Assembly: GCF_963921235.1 (NCBI RefSeq) | Contig: NC_086098.1 | Span: forward strand, 191,456,001 to 191,520,000 | Direction of reading: 5' to 3' | DNA length: 64,000 nt | Source: Mobula hypostoma | Taxonomy: Eukaryota | Shown: positions 12,253-25,049 of the stretch, piece after piece | Numbering within the stretch: the stretch's first letter is position 1 | How the letters are laid out: the number at the start of each line of letters is the position of its first letter | Made by a program: the position numbers and the translations under genes | Notes under the pieces: model-generated | What the model was told of the DNA's origin: nothing | The model's input: only the letters and a program-made list of their open reading frames with translations | The model's database searches: none

Positions 12253-13499
12253 AATGTAATGATAATTTCCAGCAAATGGAGCCAGAGCACAGATGGCTAG
12301 GTGGAGAATCTTTGAGTGTTTGAACCAAAATATATCTTAGCACTCGAGACATTTCTTTTATCAATTCAGATCTGTGTATGTTAAGCATTTAGTTTAGGAA
12401 TTTGGACTGCACTCTGAGAAAACTTGACCTAATTTTGTTAATGGACTGGAAGGTCGTTAATATCCAGTGATCATAGTTTGAGCTCTTCAGTACTTTTGTA
12501 AAGTAAAAGTCAAATGGCTCATGTTTACTTAAAAATCAACTCTGCCCATCATATCAAATTGCTCAAGTACTTTGTCTTGCTTTCTATGACTTCGTCAAAT
12601 TTTTGCTCCAAAAACTGGATAGTTTTGCTTCCATATACAAGCTTATTGTCTTATCAGTTTGCTGATACTCCTTTTGTTCCGCTGTCACGTCCTAATACCT
12701 CATTCTTTTTTCTGTTCTATTTCATATCCTGCAAAATCCTCATCAAATGATCTGAGCTTCATTATAACCACAGTATTACTTTTGTTAGAAATCTAGAATA
12801 AAAATGGAAATTAATAGAACTATTCACCATATCACAAGGCGGTCATGCAGAGAACAGACAATGCTTCAGGTTACTGAAGGGTCATCAAATCTATTTCTAA
12901 TATGTTGTTAATTGGGCTACTCAGAACTGTAACAGATGTGACAACTGAGTGGCCTCCTGGATTATATTATCCCATGATTCTATCTTTTAAAAAATGAAAA
13001 TCAATTTTGCACTGGCTATTTGGGACAATGTAGGCAAGTTCAATATCTGATTTCTGAAAATGTAATTACTCTGTTATAGAATCATAGAGGCTGAACTAGT
13101 TTTTGATTGTTGTCCTTGATGCTGCATTCCCACAAATGGATTTGGGCACTTAAATTTCTCATGGTAAAGGTCCACTTATAAGAATGGGCATTTAATTAAA
13201 GTTCCATTGGGTTACCAGAATCCATCAAACAATAAGACGAGAAAGAAAATCAGGAAAACAAATGTCATTCCTCTGTTTTCAGGTTTTGGGCAATCATATG
13301 ATTGGGGAAAGCAATGACAATGGTGGTCTTTAAGATACTGAGTAATGTACCTCAACTAAATCATCCCATCATTGATAGGGATCAGTCACCACACTTCCAG
13401 TATTTCAGAAACCACTTAAGAAATCATTTTCCAATTGCTGTACTAATTTCCCAATTATGCAATTACATAGAGCCTTTCTGTCCTATTGTGAGCAGCTGG

Positions 13500-13875
13500 A
13501 ATCAGACCTGTATTTTTTTTTAGGAGTTTACAGAAATAAGGGATGCTCTTGTTGAAACATGCAAAATCCTAACTGAGCATGACAGGACAGACTATTAGGT
13601 GAGTCTTGAGCAAGGATACATTACGACAAGATAAAGAGGTTGTCATTTAAAACTGAGATGCATAAGAATTTCTTTTTGCAAGAATCTTCAGTATTCTCCC
13701 CCTGTAGAATTGTGAAGGCTAGATCAATTGAAGTATTTAAAGGGAAGCTGGATGCATTTTTTCTCAAAGAGCCAAATTAAGATACCCATTTCTATGGAAA
13801 ACTGACATAGAAGAAGAACTGTGGCCTGGGCAGATCAGCTATAATCTCCTTAAATGGCAGACAGGCATGAGGATT
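13500..13875 (+). mobile_element. Old CR1 3' fragment
   Basis: Decayed GAGTTTA.AGAA..AGGG...TTTAAAACTGAGATGCATAAGAATTTCTT motifs. Confidence 0.6.
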
Positions 13876-14556
13876 CATTTTCTGGTGAAGTTGCATTCAG
13901 ATAGGGCAATGTTGTTAGATTATGGACTAGCTGACAAGAGTTGAAAACCCCAATGTGACTTGAGGAATATTTAGACTCAAGCAGATAAATCTGGAAGAAT
14001 TTTTTTTTAAGTCTCATCAATATTAATTGCTGTGCAGTACTAGATTATTTATTAATGTTCTTAAGGGAGGAAAACTTACAGTCTTTTCTCGACCTGGTTA
14101 TTACTTGTCTTCAGGTGCCAACAGTGTGGTTGACTTAACAGTTCTTGGAAATAGCCCAACTTCGCTAGTTAAGGATGGCAATTAAAAAGTGCATGTCCTA
14201 TAAATAAAGGAAAATGACATCTCACGACTGTAAAATTCAACTGTATAGAATCATGGAAATTTGTAGCACAGAGAACCCCATTTATAGTTCATTTTTCTCC
14301 TATCCAAATAAGAGGTCTACACTAATCTCTGTTTTAAGGATATCCAAAATGTGAAACAGGACAGGTATGTTTATGCTTTTTCTTTTCTGCTTGAACTTCA
14401 GGAATTCAATGAGACTACTGGTTCTCAATAGTGATAAAACCTGTTTTATATGAACCATGATACAACAAAGTGAGCTGTTGATAAGGAATACCTAGATGGT
14501 TGCTTTCACTGCTAATCTGATTAAAGCTTTTCTGTTTGCCACGATTCCTTCCATAG

Positions 14557-14787
14557 CTTAAGGAGGAGCAACAAAAGGCACTTGTGCGAAGAGATTTTGA
14601 GCTGCAGAGCCTGAATTTACAGACCAAACTTGAGCAGAAATTCTGGAGCCAAGAGAAAAACATGTTTGTGAAAGAAGCTGATCAGTTCAAGCAAAACCTC
14701 TTCCTGCTTTATATGAAGCTGAAATGGTTCTTGAAACACTGGAAATGTGGCAAGAAGATGGATAATGATGGGGATGATTTACTAGAG
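14557..14787 (+). CDS. SOGA1: SOGA1/MTCL2 coding exon
   Basis: ttccttccatag| LKEEQQKALVRRDFELQSLNLQTKLEQKFWSQEKNM...MKLKWFLKHWK...DDLLE |gtgcat. 231 nt, phase 0/0; LEQKFWSQEKN is a SOGA-family signature. Confidence 0.95.
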
Positions 14788-14899
14788 GTGCATAATTTCA
14801 GTTCTTAAAAATAACTAACAATCTTTTTCAAAATCTCAATCCAATGGCACAATGTCAATCCAATAAAATACATGAAATTACAACTTCCAAAAATACCAC

Positions 14900-15242
14900 A
14901 ACCTTGTCATTGGGTTTGGAGGCTTGTGCACCTCAATGATCTGGAGACCTGTGTTGGCTGGAGGCAGGGCCTTGTGCTTTGACTCTTGGTAGAGTCGCCC
15001 ATGCCAAACAGGTTAAAGTGTAGAAGCCAAGCTAAGATCCGGGTTCAGGGGTTCAGCTCAGGGCTAACAACCCCTGGCTGGTCAAGGAATTTGTTACAGA
15101 ATCAGCAATGAGGAATCCTATCCCTGTGTGTGACAGTATTCCTGAGTCTCACAATAGAGAAGATAGCCAAGGACAGACAGATTGGAAGACCTTCACTGCT
15201 TCCCTAAATGCCAGTGGCGTAGCAGGCAATAACTAACTAACT
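14900..15242 (+). mobile_element. RTE-derived bipartite non-autonomous element
   Basis: RTE-like 5' UTR (GGAGGCTTGTGCACCTCAATGATC...CTCTTGGTAGAGTC.CCCATG) joined directly to an RTE-like 3' end (GCCAAGGACAGACAG.TTGGAAG...CCCTAAATGCC) with a (TAAC)n tail. Confidence 0.55.
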
Positions 15243-15718
15243 GATTAATACAAGTGTAACTTCCTATCCGCTTGTTAATTCATCTATTTATCAGAAATAA
15301 ATGGGTGCACAAATTAAATTTTAGTGAAATACAGGTATAAGATTGAACTCATGGTCTGCATGTAGCACAAGGAACAAACACTAATAAGTGGAGGGAACTG
15401 GGACTTCTGCTGAAAGAGACAAATGAAAAGTTCTGTGAACACAATGAACAGATTCCTGATCAAAATGGGTAACTAACTTTGTGCGTTAAAATTCTTCATT
15501 AATTTTGGCAGAGGATTTTTGTCACTAAGGAGCAGAAAGTTGGAAGTATTTCCTCTTTTCAAGCTCCATTCATTTTAAAATTGATCATTAGTATATCTGT
15601 ACGCTATGGCAAAAGATTCACTGCCATTGTTGATGTGTCACAGTGCACTGTGCTGTGAGATTCATGTCCTTTGTTGAAGTTATGTCAAACAGTCTCCGTG
15701 GTTCAATGTGCTTGGCAG

Positions 15719-15883
15719 GTTAACAGTGTAAAGGATTTATATTTGCTGATTGAAGAAGAGGAGCTGACCCCTCGCCAAGTGGACAATAAGACAGTGACAA
15801 CGAATGATCAGTCTCAGAAAACCTTGGAGGGAGCTTTGACTCTCCCAGTGGAAAAATCTGTCCTTGCATCACATCCAAAGCAG
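15719..15883 (+). CDS. SOGA1: SOGA1/MTCL2 coding exon (3' boundary less certain)
   Basis: cttggcag| VNSVKDLYLLIEEEELTPRQVDNK...SHPKQ |gtacaa. 165 nt, phase 0/0; the N-terminal half matches recalled VNSMKELYLLMEEEE. The donor is weak. Confidence 0.82.
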
Positions 15884-16129
15884 GTACAACAGTAATGGTC
15901 AATAATCTCAATTCCAAGGAATGTTTGCTATCATGTACACTAACCAATATCAAATTTTAAGTACATACTTGGTTCATCTCAATTATAAACTCAAGTAGGT
16001 TTGACACTCTTTTTTAAATTTTGATAGCAATTATGTGTTACTGTTATTCTAATTGTGATATAGTATATAAGCATTAACTTTTTAAAAAGATTTTTGAAAC
16101 CACAGAGTGCAGGAATTATTCCAGCATAT

Positions 16130-16665
16130 GTACTCAGAGGCCACTTTGTTAGGTACAACTGTACACTTGCTTGTTAATGCAAATACCTAATTATCCAATC
16201 AACTCAATGCATAAATGCACGCAGACATGATCAAGAGATTCAGTTGTTGTTCAGACCAAATGTCAGAATGGGGAAGAAATGTGATGTGACTTTCATCGTG
16301 GAATGATTGTTGGTGCCAGACAGGATGGTTTGAGTATCTTAGAAACGCCTGATTGCTTGGGATTTTCACACCCAGCAGTCTCCAGAGTTTACAGAGAATA
16401 GTGCAGGAAACAAAGACATCCAGTGAGCAGCGTTTCTGTGGGCGAAAATGCTTTGTTATGATAGAGATCAGAGGAGAATGGCCAGACTGGTTCAAGCTGA
16501 CAGGAAGGTGACAGTAACTCAAATAACTATGCATTACAACAGTGGTGTGTAGAAGAGTATCTCTGAACAAACAACATGTTGAACTTCAAAGTGGATGGAT
16601 TACAGCAGCAGAAGACAACACCGGGTTCCACTCCTGTACCTAATAAAGTGGCCACTGAGTGTGTA
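16130..16665 (+). mobile_element. Tc1-family non-autonomous DNA transposon
   Basis: TIRs TACTCAGAGGCCACTTTGTTAGGTACA / TGTACCTAATAAAGTGGCCACTGAGTG; same truncated HTH coding region as 10522-11065. Confidence 0.88.
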
Positions 16666-17064
16666 TGATTTCATTATAGTCGGATGACTAATCTGTTGAC
16701 GATCTTCCTTTGTCACTTAATAAAAGATTCAATTCTCTTAGGTATCTCATAGCACTGCCTGTTTGTCCCACTTATTAATGTTATTAACAAGCTTATTTAT
16801 TTATATTATCTGTGTGGTTTAGGAAGTGCAGGAGATGAGCCGTTGATTCCTGGGTGTTGTTGATTCACTGATGCTTTGGAAGTAGTCCATGATATTTACT
16901 AGATTTTTTAAAATTTGAATTCCGTGAGCTAGTTTCTGACCTTCACACAGTGAAGTTCAGTTCCTGTTGTAATATACTAGTAAATACAGTTTTGTTGTTC
17001 TGCCTTCCAGTATCCTGCTTATTACAGCTTCTAGGATGCTTTAGATTTGTAAAGTTTTTTTTAA

Positions 17065-17270
17065 AGAGATCTTCATGGTAGCAGGCCTTATGAGCCTGCA
17101 CCTCACAATTCCTCCCTTATGACCACTTAGTATACTAACTGATATGCCTTTGGGATGTGGGAAGAAACCAGAGCACCCAAAGGAAATCCATATAGTAATG
17201 GGAAGAACACACAGACTGCAGCAGAATTATGCCAGGATCAGTAGCATTAAGCTAACCACTATGCTACGAT
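17065..17270 (-). mobile_element. HE1/V-SINE-type SINE fragment
   Basis: CTTTGGGATGTGGGAAGAAACCAGAGCACCC..AGGAAA (V-domain read in reverse). Confidence 0.6.
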
Positions 17271-17590
17271 GTCCATAAAAAAAGCAGGGAAGCTTTGGAA
17301 TTTTGTCTGTAATGTTTTTATATTAAGATCCCTATCCATGCTATCCATTGCTTATTAAGTTTTATTTTCCCAATATTGAATATGCTTGTCGGGTCATTAA
17401 GTTTGATAAAGGCAGCCTAATATTGGTACTTGTTCAGCTATCATGCAGTTCGGCTATAGGTTTTTCTATTTTATTCAGTTGAATGGTATTTGTAATTCTG
17501 AGTGTTGTGAGCTTTAAATATTATATACATTATAGCCATGCTGTTTACTTTAGCAGGAATAATATTTTGGGCTGATTTTATATTTTCCAG

Positions 17591-17758
17591 TCAAATGAAT
17601 ACAGCAGAGTTGTCGGAGACATTAAAATGATTTTAAAGGACCTGTGCACAGAATTGAAAGAGGAAAGAAGGAGAACCAATGAGCTTCAGCTTCAATTTGC
17701 AAATGCCAAATCAGCCTGGGAAGTAGAAAGGGTGGAACTCAAGAGTCGTGTTGCACAG
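17591..17758 (+). CDS. SOGA1: SOGA1/MTCL2 coding exon (coiled coil)
   Basis: tattttccag| SNEYSRVVGDIKMILKDLCTELKEERRRTNELQLQFANAKSAWEVERVELKSRVAQ |gtaggc. 168 nt, phase 0/0. Confidence 0.93.
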
Positions 17759-18254
17759 GTAGGCAGAGATTGAGAATAAACTACTTGTACTACGTTAACA
17801 GCCGGCCACAATTATTGTTGCACTCGTTGTCAATAAACGCAAGATGACTGCATGCTTATTTTAAAATAATGCAAATCAAGGAACATTTGTCCTTGAAATT
17901 GTTTTGATTTAAATCAGTTACTTTCCTAATTTGCTTATTAGAGGCTTTATTCTGATGACCGGGAATTAGCATGGTGGAAAAGAGAAGCAGTGTCTGTCTT
18001 AATTGAGCAAGGGTTCTTTCAAATAAACATAATTCTGAATATCAAGTATGTCATAATTATTTTTAAGTGGGTTAAAAAAGGGGTTGAGATGGTAAGAAGA
18101 GATTTGCGATCAAGTTATATGTTGTAGGTGTGCCATTGTTTGTCCAACCCAATGATCTATTCAGCAAAGGCTTTACAGATTTAAGCATCTTGTAATTAGT
18201 GTTATGGATCTGAATTGAAATGTATCCTTGCAAGTGAAACATGTGCGATAACGG

Positions 18255-19030
18255 TCCCCGCACCACCTCCCTCACTATCATTCAGGGCCCCAAACAGTCC
18301 TTCCAGGTGGAGCGACACTTCACCTGTGAGTCTTCTACTGTACCCAGTGCTCCCAGTGTGGCCTCCTGTATATCGGTGAGACCTGACATAGATTAGGAGA
18401 CTGTTTCATCGAGCACCTACCAGGAGGTGCCAGAAAGAAGTAGGATCTCCCAGTGGCCACCCATTTCAATTCTGCTTCCCATTCCCATTCCAATGTGTCA
18501 GCCCATCGTCTCCTCTACTGACACGATGAGACCACACTCAGGAACTACACCTTGTATTTTGTCTGGGTAGCATCCAACCTGATGGCATGAACATTGATTT
18601 CTCGAACTTCTAATAATTGCTCCTCCCTGCCCCTCCCCCCATTACACAAGTCCCCATTCCTGTTTCCCTCTCTCACCTTATCTCCTTACCTGCCCATCAC
18701 CTTCCTCTGGTGATCCTTCCCTTCTCTTCCCTTTCTTCCATGGTCCTCTACCCTCTCCTATCAGATTCCCCCTTCTCCAGCCCTTTATCTCTTTCACTAT
18801 CAGTTTCCCAGCTCTTTACTTCATCCGTCCCCCTCTCCCGGTTTCACCTATCACCTACTGCTTTGTACTGCTTCTTCCCCTCCCGGTGCTTCTAGCTCTG
18901 ACTCCTCAACGTTTTTTTCATTCCTGATGAAGGGCCTTGGCCCGAAATGTTGACGGCCTACTCTTTTCCACAGATGCTCCCTGGCCACCTGAGTTCTTCC
19001 AGCATTTTGTGTGTATTGCTTGGACAAAAT
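18255..19030 (+). mobile_element. Penelope-like element 3' part (GIY-YIG endonuclease remnant plus pseudo-LTR with hammerhead core)
   Basis: Translation TSLTIIQGPKQSFQVERHFTCES...CSQCGLLYIGET..RLGD.F.EHL...DLPVATHFN; terminus CTGATGAAGGGCCTTGGCCCGAAA. Confidence 0.85.
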
Positions 19031-19289
19031 GTAACCAAGTTTTTCATATGGCATCACTGTTTAAACTGTGTTTCATGTAGCAATTTGGGTTAAAATTTTA
19101 AAAGTTTAACAAGTTGCTGGTGGAATAACTGAGAGCAAATGGAACAGTATAATAAAGTATGTAAATTTCTCAGCCACTGCTGGAGTTCCTCAAGGTCAGG
19201 AAATTTCCAGCTCTATATCCTCTTGAAGAGTAACTTAGATTGTCTGTGTTAAAAGAAACTGCCCATATTATCATACGTGTAGTTTTTGG

Positions 19290-19575
19290 GTACTGCAATT
19301 CTGTGTCCTTAATGATGCTTTGCTGCATGCTTGAGAACTCGGTGGAAGGTGCTGATGCTTTTTTGCTGGTGGGGGTGGGAGGGGGTTGTTGCCTTACTGC
19401 TGCTTGTGCGTGGAAGGGGGAGCTGGAGGGGGTCTTTGGGTTTAACGCTTTAACTGTCATTCAGTCTTTGGGGCACTCCTGTTTTCGTGGATGTCTGTGA
19501 AGAAAAAGAATTTCAGGTTGTGTATTGTATACATTTCTCTGACATTAAATGCACCTATTGACCTGTTGAAACCTA
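19290..19575 (+). mobile_element. Non-autonomous G-rich LINE-tailed repeat (inverted related copy ~24170-24600)
   Basis: GCTGCTTGTGCGTGG.AGGGG and GAATTTCAGGTTG..TA.TGTATACATT.TCTG appear here and in reverse complement at 24170-24340. Confidence 0.6.
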
Positions 19576-19689
19576 TTGATTGTTGTTTCCCAGCTTTATT
19601 TTTATGATAACAGATTATCAGTTTCTGTGCCAAAGATTTATGGCACTTGTCCAGGGTCTCTGTTGGCGACCAGAATGATCCTATTTATA

Positions 19690-21200
19690 GTCATAAAAAT
19701 ACGATAACACCAAAACGGGCCCTTTGACCCATTAATCTGCCTCGTCCCATCAACCTGCACCCAGGCCATCGCCCTCCATGTACCTATCCAAATTTCTCTT
19801 CCAATTTTGAAATCAACCCCGCATCCACCACTTGCACTGGCAGGCTCTCATCATGCCTCTCTGAGTGAAGAAGTTCCCTCTCATATTCACCTTACACATT
19901 TTACCTTTCACCCTCAACCAATGACCTCCAGTTCAAGTCTCACCCAGTCTCTGCGGAAAAGGCTTACTTGTATTTACCCTATCTATACCCCTCATAATTT
20001 TGTATACCTCTAACAAATCTTCCCTCAATCTTCTACATTCTCGGGAATTAAGTCCTATTCAACATTTCCCTATGTCTCAGGCCCTCAAGTCCCAGTAACA
20101 TTTTCTCTGTACTCTGTCAGTCTTTCTTACACCTGCACAGAGGTGACCAAAACTGGACATAATACTCCAAATTAGGCCTCGCCAACGTCTTACACAATTT
20201 CAACTCCGTATTCAATACATGATTTATGAAGACCAACTTTCCAAAAGCTTCCTTTATGACCTTATCTAACAATGATGCTACTTTCAAGGAATTACGGATC
20301 TGTATTCCCAGATCCCCGTTTCACTGCACTCTTCAGTGCCCTACTGCACACCGTGTAAGACCTACCCTGGTTGGTCCTCCCAGAGTACATCACCTCACAT
20401 GTATCTGCATTAAATTCCATTTGCCATTTTTCCACCAGCTGGCCCAAATCCTGCTGCAAGCTTTGATAGTCTTCCTCGCTGTCCACCACACTCCCAATCT
20501 TGGTGCCGTCCACAAATCCAGTTAACCACATTAGCATCCAGGTCGTTTATATTGATGACAAACAACAATGGACCCAGTATCGATCCCTGCAGCATACCAC
20601 AAGTCACAGATCTCCAGTCAGAAAGACAACCATCTGCAACCACTCTCCGGCTTCTTTCGTGAAGCCAACTTCCAATCGAATTTAATAACTCACCTTCAAT
20701 GCCTAGCGTCTGAATCTACTTGACCAACCTCACATGGGAGACCTTACCAAAGACAATATCCCACAGTCTTCCCTTTGTTAACTTTCCTGGTAACTTCCTA
20801 GAACAACTCTAGATCCAGAGTTCATCCAGTTCTAATTCCATTTCCTTAACAGGATCTATTAGAAGCTGCAGCTGGATGTTCTTCTTGAGGATGTAGTCTT
20901 CAGGAATACCAAAGGTTTCCCTACCTTCCCACATCCTGCAAGAGGAGCATCCCCACTGCTCTGAATGTGCAATAAGAAATAAAGAATAACAAAAATAAAT
21001 TGTCATCAATAGAGAGGAATCAGTAAATGTGTTTTTAGTAAAAGGGTTGGTGGCCTGGTGTGTAGAGCTCATAGGCAGGCTTTGCCTGCTTTAGCATGAG
21101 CTTGGAAAATTACCCACTAGGTGTCGAGTCACTCCAGTTCCAATTTGACTAATTGTAATTGGAAAAGACACCGAACTCAAACTAGGGAATAACAGGCAGA
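19690..21200 (-). mobile_element. CR1 LINE with large internal deletion (ORF1 zinc finger/leucine zipper fused to ORF2 RT)
   Basis: CSSCRMWE...PEDY...QLQLL.D.VKEMELELDEL at 20810-20960 abuts the RT remnant (QGSILGPLLFVININDLD, DGTKIG, KWQMEFN). Confidence 0.75.
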
Positions 21201-22734
21201 TATGATTACTGATAATAGATCTTCGAATCTCAAGGCTTTAGAGTAGAGATAAATCTCTGTTCATTATATCTCTTTGTACTTTAATCATAAAAAATGTACT
21301 TTAATCATAGAATCACCTCTTATTCTCACTTACATTGCTTCCTCCTCTCAAGATGCCACATGCAGAATAGTGTGGTCTGCACTATTTCCCGACTGCAGAA
21401 AATGAATACTGACGATTCCTGTCAGTGAACCTGAGATACTGCTTTACTGTAAGCAGTCATTTCCACTTTGATAAATTATCTGCAAGGCATTTTCTTGTCT
21501 CTTCATTCTCAAAGTAAATGTTGCACATCTCTAATTTCCCTAGCATAATAAATTAACTTAGGAAATTATTTTATGAAAGTTATATTGGACTAGACTCATT
21601 TGTGCATGTGATTAAGTAGATTTCCAGTTTTCCTTTTCTAAACAACTATTTAATTAATGTTCAGTTCAGATGTATTTTCTAAATTATTACTTCAGTCAGT
21701 GATTCATATCAACTATCACATTTTATAAGTTTGTTCTGCAGTTGTAATTTTATTGTTTAGTTTGGGGTAATACTTCAAATTCAGATCAATTTTTAATAAG
21801 TGTTCAAGTAGATTCATTATTCAACTAATTCCTTTTAATGAGCAATATCTTTAATTAAAAATATCTTGCAGACTTTAGTGGATGAATTTACAGTGATTTG
21901 TACAAGATTCCATTCTTCCCTACATAGCAAGTAGGCAAATGTTGCACAATGTTGTTTAATACTGTTTACTAATATTGCCGGAAGTTATTTCTGGAAGAAG
22001 ATTCCGAATCTACAAAATGACTCATCATATCCTCGGAGCATCCCAAAGCACTTCAGAGCAAGGAATTCCTGCTTGACCGTACTTTTCAATGTAGGCAAAA
22101 TTTGGTACATTGAGCATTTACAAAGCAACCAAAAAAGACGTTACTTTGCAACTAAGTATTGCAGGATTAATCAGTTTAAAAGGAATATAAAGAAAGTAGC
22201 CGTATCAGGCTAATGAACATTTAGCTTAAAATCACATCACAAGCGAAAAATGTGAAATTACATAAAACTGATGTTAATCGATAGTAATGTTAAAGTGCAA
22301 TTTAGCCGAGTCTTTTCTGGTGGCATTGTGGACCATTTAGAATAATGAATGTGAATATCCTCCTGTTGCTGTTATATCATAGTGTTGCTGATTCATGAGG
22401 TTTGCTATGGCAAGGCATCCAATGGTGGTTCCAGTTAATTAGAATTTTTAAACTTTTGTTTGGCAAATTTCTAAAATACAACTGGATAGTGATTTGAGTC
22501 ATCTGAGAACTGAGCAAACTCAGCTATCAACTGTGCATGCATTTAAGCAATCAGATTGAAGGGACTGCCAAACAAACCCCTCAGCTGCTGCAGTGGTGGT
22601 GTTGATTCATTGTTGAATTCAATGACAAATCAAATGTGGGAAGAGAAACAAAGAGAAGGGAAAATGTAGATTCAGAGAGGGAGAGTGCAAAGAACAAATT
22701 CAAAAATAATTTGCATTGTATTTTTGTGTTACAG

Positions 22735-22945
22735 ATCTGCAGATGCTGAAATCTAGGTGTAAAACTAAACTACTGGAGGAACTCAGCAGGTCAGGCAGCA
22801 CCTACAGAAGCGGAAAGATGGCCGACAGTTTGGATCAAAACCCTGCATAGGTCCTGATGCAGGATCTTGACACAAGACAATGACTGTCTTTGCCTCTCCA
22901 ATGCTGCCTGACGCACTGAGTTCCTCCAGTAGTTTTTGCTCTATT
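22735..22945. mobile_element. Palindromic Penelope pseudo-LTR-derived element
   Basis: 22767-22786 is the exact reverse complement of 22916-22935; imperfect symmetry continues to a centre near 22851. Confidence 0.8.
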
Positions 22946-25049
22946 TTGTATTTGACATGCTGAAATGCTTCACCAACAATTAAGATCTGAACAAATGGTT
23001 TTCCACACTCATATTTAACTGGTTTCCAGTTAACTAGGTAGTTTAATTTGGAGAGAATCAACAGTTATCCCTTAATTAAAAGGGAGTTTAGTATATCTGC
23101 CAGTAAGTGTGTAGCAACTTCAAATTGTTCAAGTATTTATTTGGCAGTAAGATGTTGTGTTGGTAAAAATCAGAGAGGCAAAAGTTGGGCAGCAGTGTTT
23201 TAGATCTCTGGGTTTAGCCAAGCAGCTGTCTTTGTTTGCAATTACTCTACTGTTTGTGCCAACTTACTGTGACCTTCCTTTGTGTCTGACATAAAATATT
23301 AAATAGAGTTCTTGTTTCTTGCTAAAGCCTAACATGTGGTGATTTAACCGGCCAAACCATAGCAAAGTAATGGGAAATCTGGGATGCCGATTTTGTGGCT
23401 AGTTTAAAGCTGCAAAGGACTTGTGTACTGTATTTATCCAAGCTAGTAACTTTAAGTGAAATGGTGGATTTTTCCAGCTTTATTGCTCATGGAATCATCT
23501 CCCTCATTCATTTTCCCACTAATAACTGCACTGATTTATAAAATGACATACATGTGTTGACTGATATAACTAAACCATACTATTACAAGGGTTTATTTCA
23601 GTAAACCGCAGTTTCCTTCATTAGCCTGACCCAGAGGCACAGCTGCATGTAACAGCACGGGGAATGGAAATGCTGTGATTCAGATGGAAATTTGTATGCC
23701 ATGTATTGTCTGGCAAGCCTTGTGAGAAATCTATCCCTCAAGACAGGTTGTTCATTTTGTTGTAGAAATACAATCCATTTGGGATTTTCCGACCAGAAAT
23801 TGGGTAGAAATTAAAAAAAGACTAGTCTTACATATTAGAACTTGCCACTGTTCTCTTTCCATTAGCAAAGTTCACACAGTAAATGTCAGTGCTGGAAGCA
23901 CTAATTTAAATCATTTATTCTACATTATGTCTTTCTTCAATGCTCCAGGGCGTCCAACAGCACTTACAGGTCAGCTAGTTTTGACCTTGCGTGTTTAATT
24001 TTTTATAGTGGCAGTTTTCTGTGTAATCTGCTAATGGAACAGCAAAGAAAACACTCCATTTGATACCATAGTGAACACCCAAGTAACTGCATAGTTCTAT
24101 ACCTGCTCTGGTCAAAGGATTGTGAAATTAACAGCACAAGAATTCAGAAGGAAATGTAAAGTAGAACAGTTCAGTGGTACCATTTAATTTCAGAGAATGT
24201 ATACAGTATGCAACCTGAAATTCTTACTCTCCGGAGACATCCACAAAACAAAAGGAGAAAAAAACAAAGAATGAATGACAGGAAAACACTAGAACCCCAA
24301 AGCCCCCCATCCCCCTCCCACGCACAAGCAGCAACAAAGCATTCACCCTCCCCCTCCCCCACCTGCCTCAGCAAAACATCACCCCCACCACCCAGCATGC
24401 AAGCAATAGCAAAGCCCCCAGAGAGCATGATCGAGAGTCCATCAAAAACCTCTGTTTGCCCAACAGTTTGACATGCCACAGGCTCTCTCACTCTCACTCT
24501 CTAACAAGGGGGAGAGAGGTATCATGCCAGCCTCGATAGCTCACTGATTCGATGTTACAGTCTGCAGCATCGCTACTTCAAGCTTCTCCGACTTGAGAAA
24601 ATCGGCAGAAAGCTCAATTTTGCTGTTATCATGTAGTCAGGCTTCTGACTGTTGTGTTCAATATCATATGTGGAAAAGAATTGGTGATGGAAATGACACG
24701 TGGATTAAGAAAACCAAAGAGATTGAAAAAATAAAAGAATATTATTCCTAAACTCTCCAAATACTTAAAACCTGAATGAATTGTAATAGTGGTAACAGGA
24801 TAATCACTGCTAACCATCTAAAAGGGGACTTGGACAGAGACTCATCTTTTCTGTACTGTATAGATTTTCCATGTTGCACAAGTAGAGCATAGGTGGTGTC
24901 GTGGCATCGGCAACGAACTTCGAGGCAAATAGTCGAGAGTTCAATTCCGGCCAGCTCCTTATACACTTTCCATCTATGCTGGGTTGAGTGATGAGCTAGC
25001 AACTCTGCCTTGCAAAGAAACAGTCAAATGCTACACAAAATGGTGAGGA

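Noticed and set aside
21275-21309. TGTACTTTAATCATA direct repeat
   Set aside because: A single 20-bp-period micro-duplication with no further structure.
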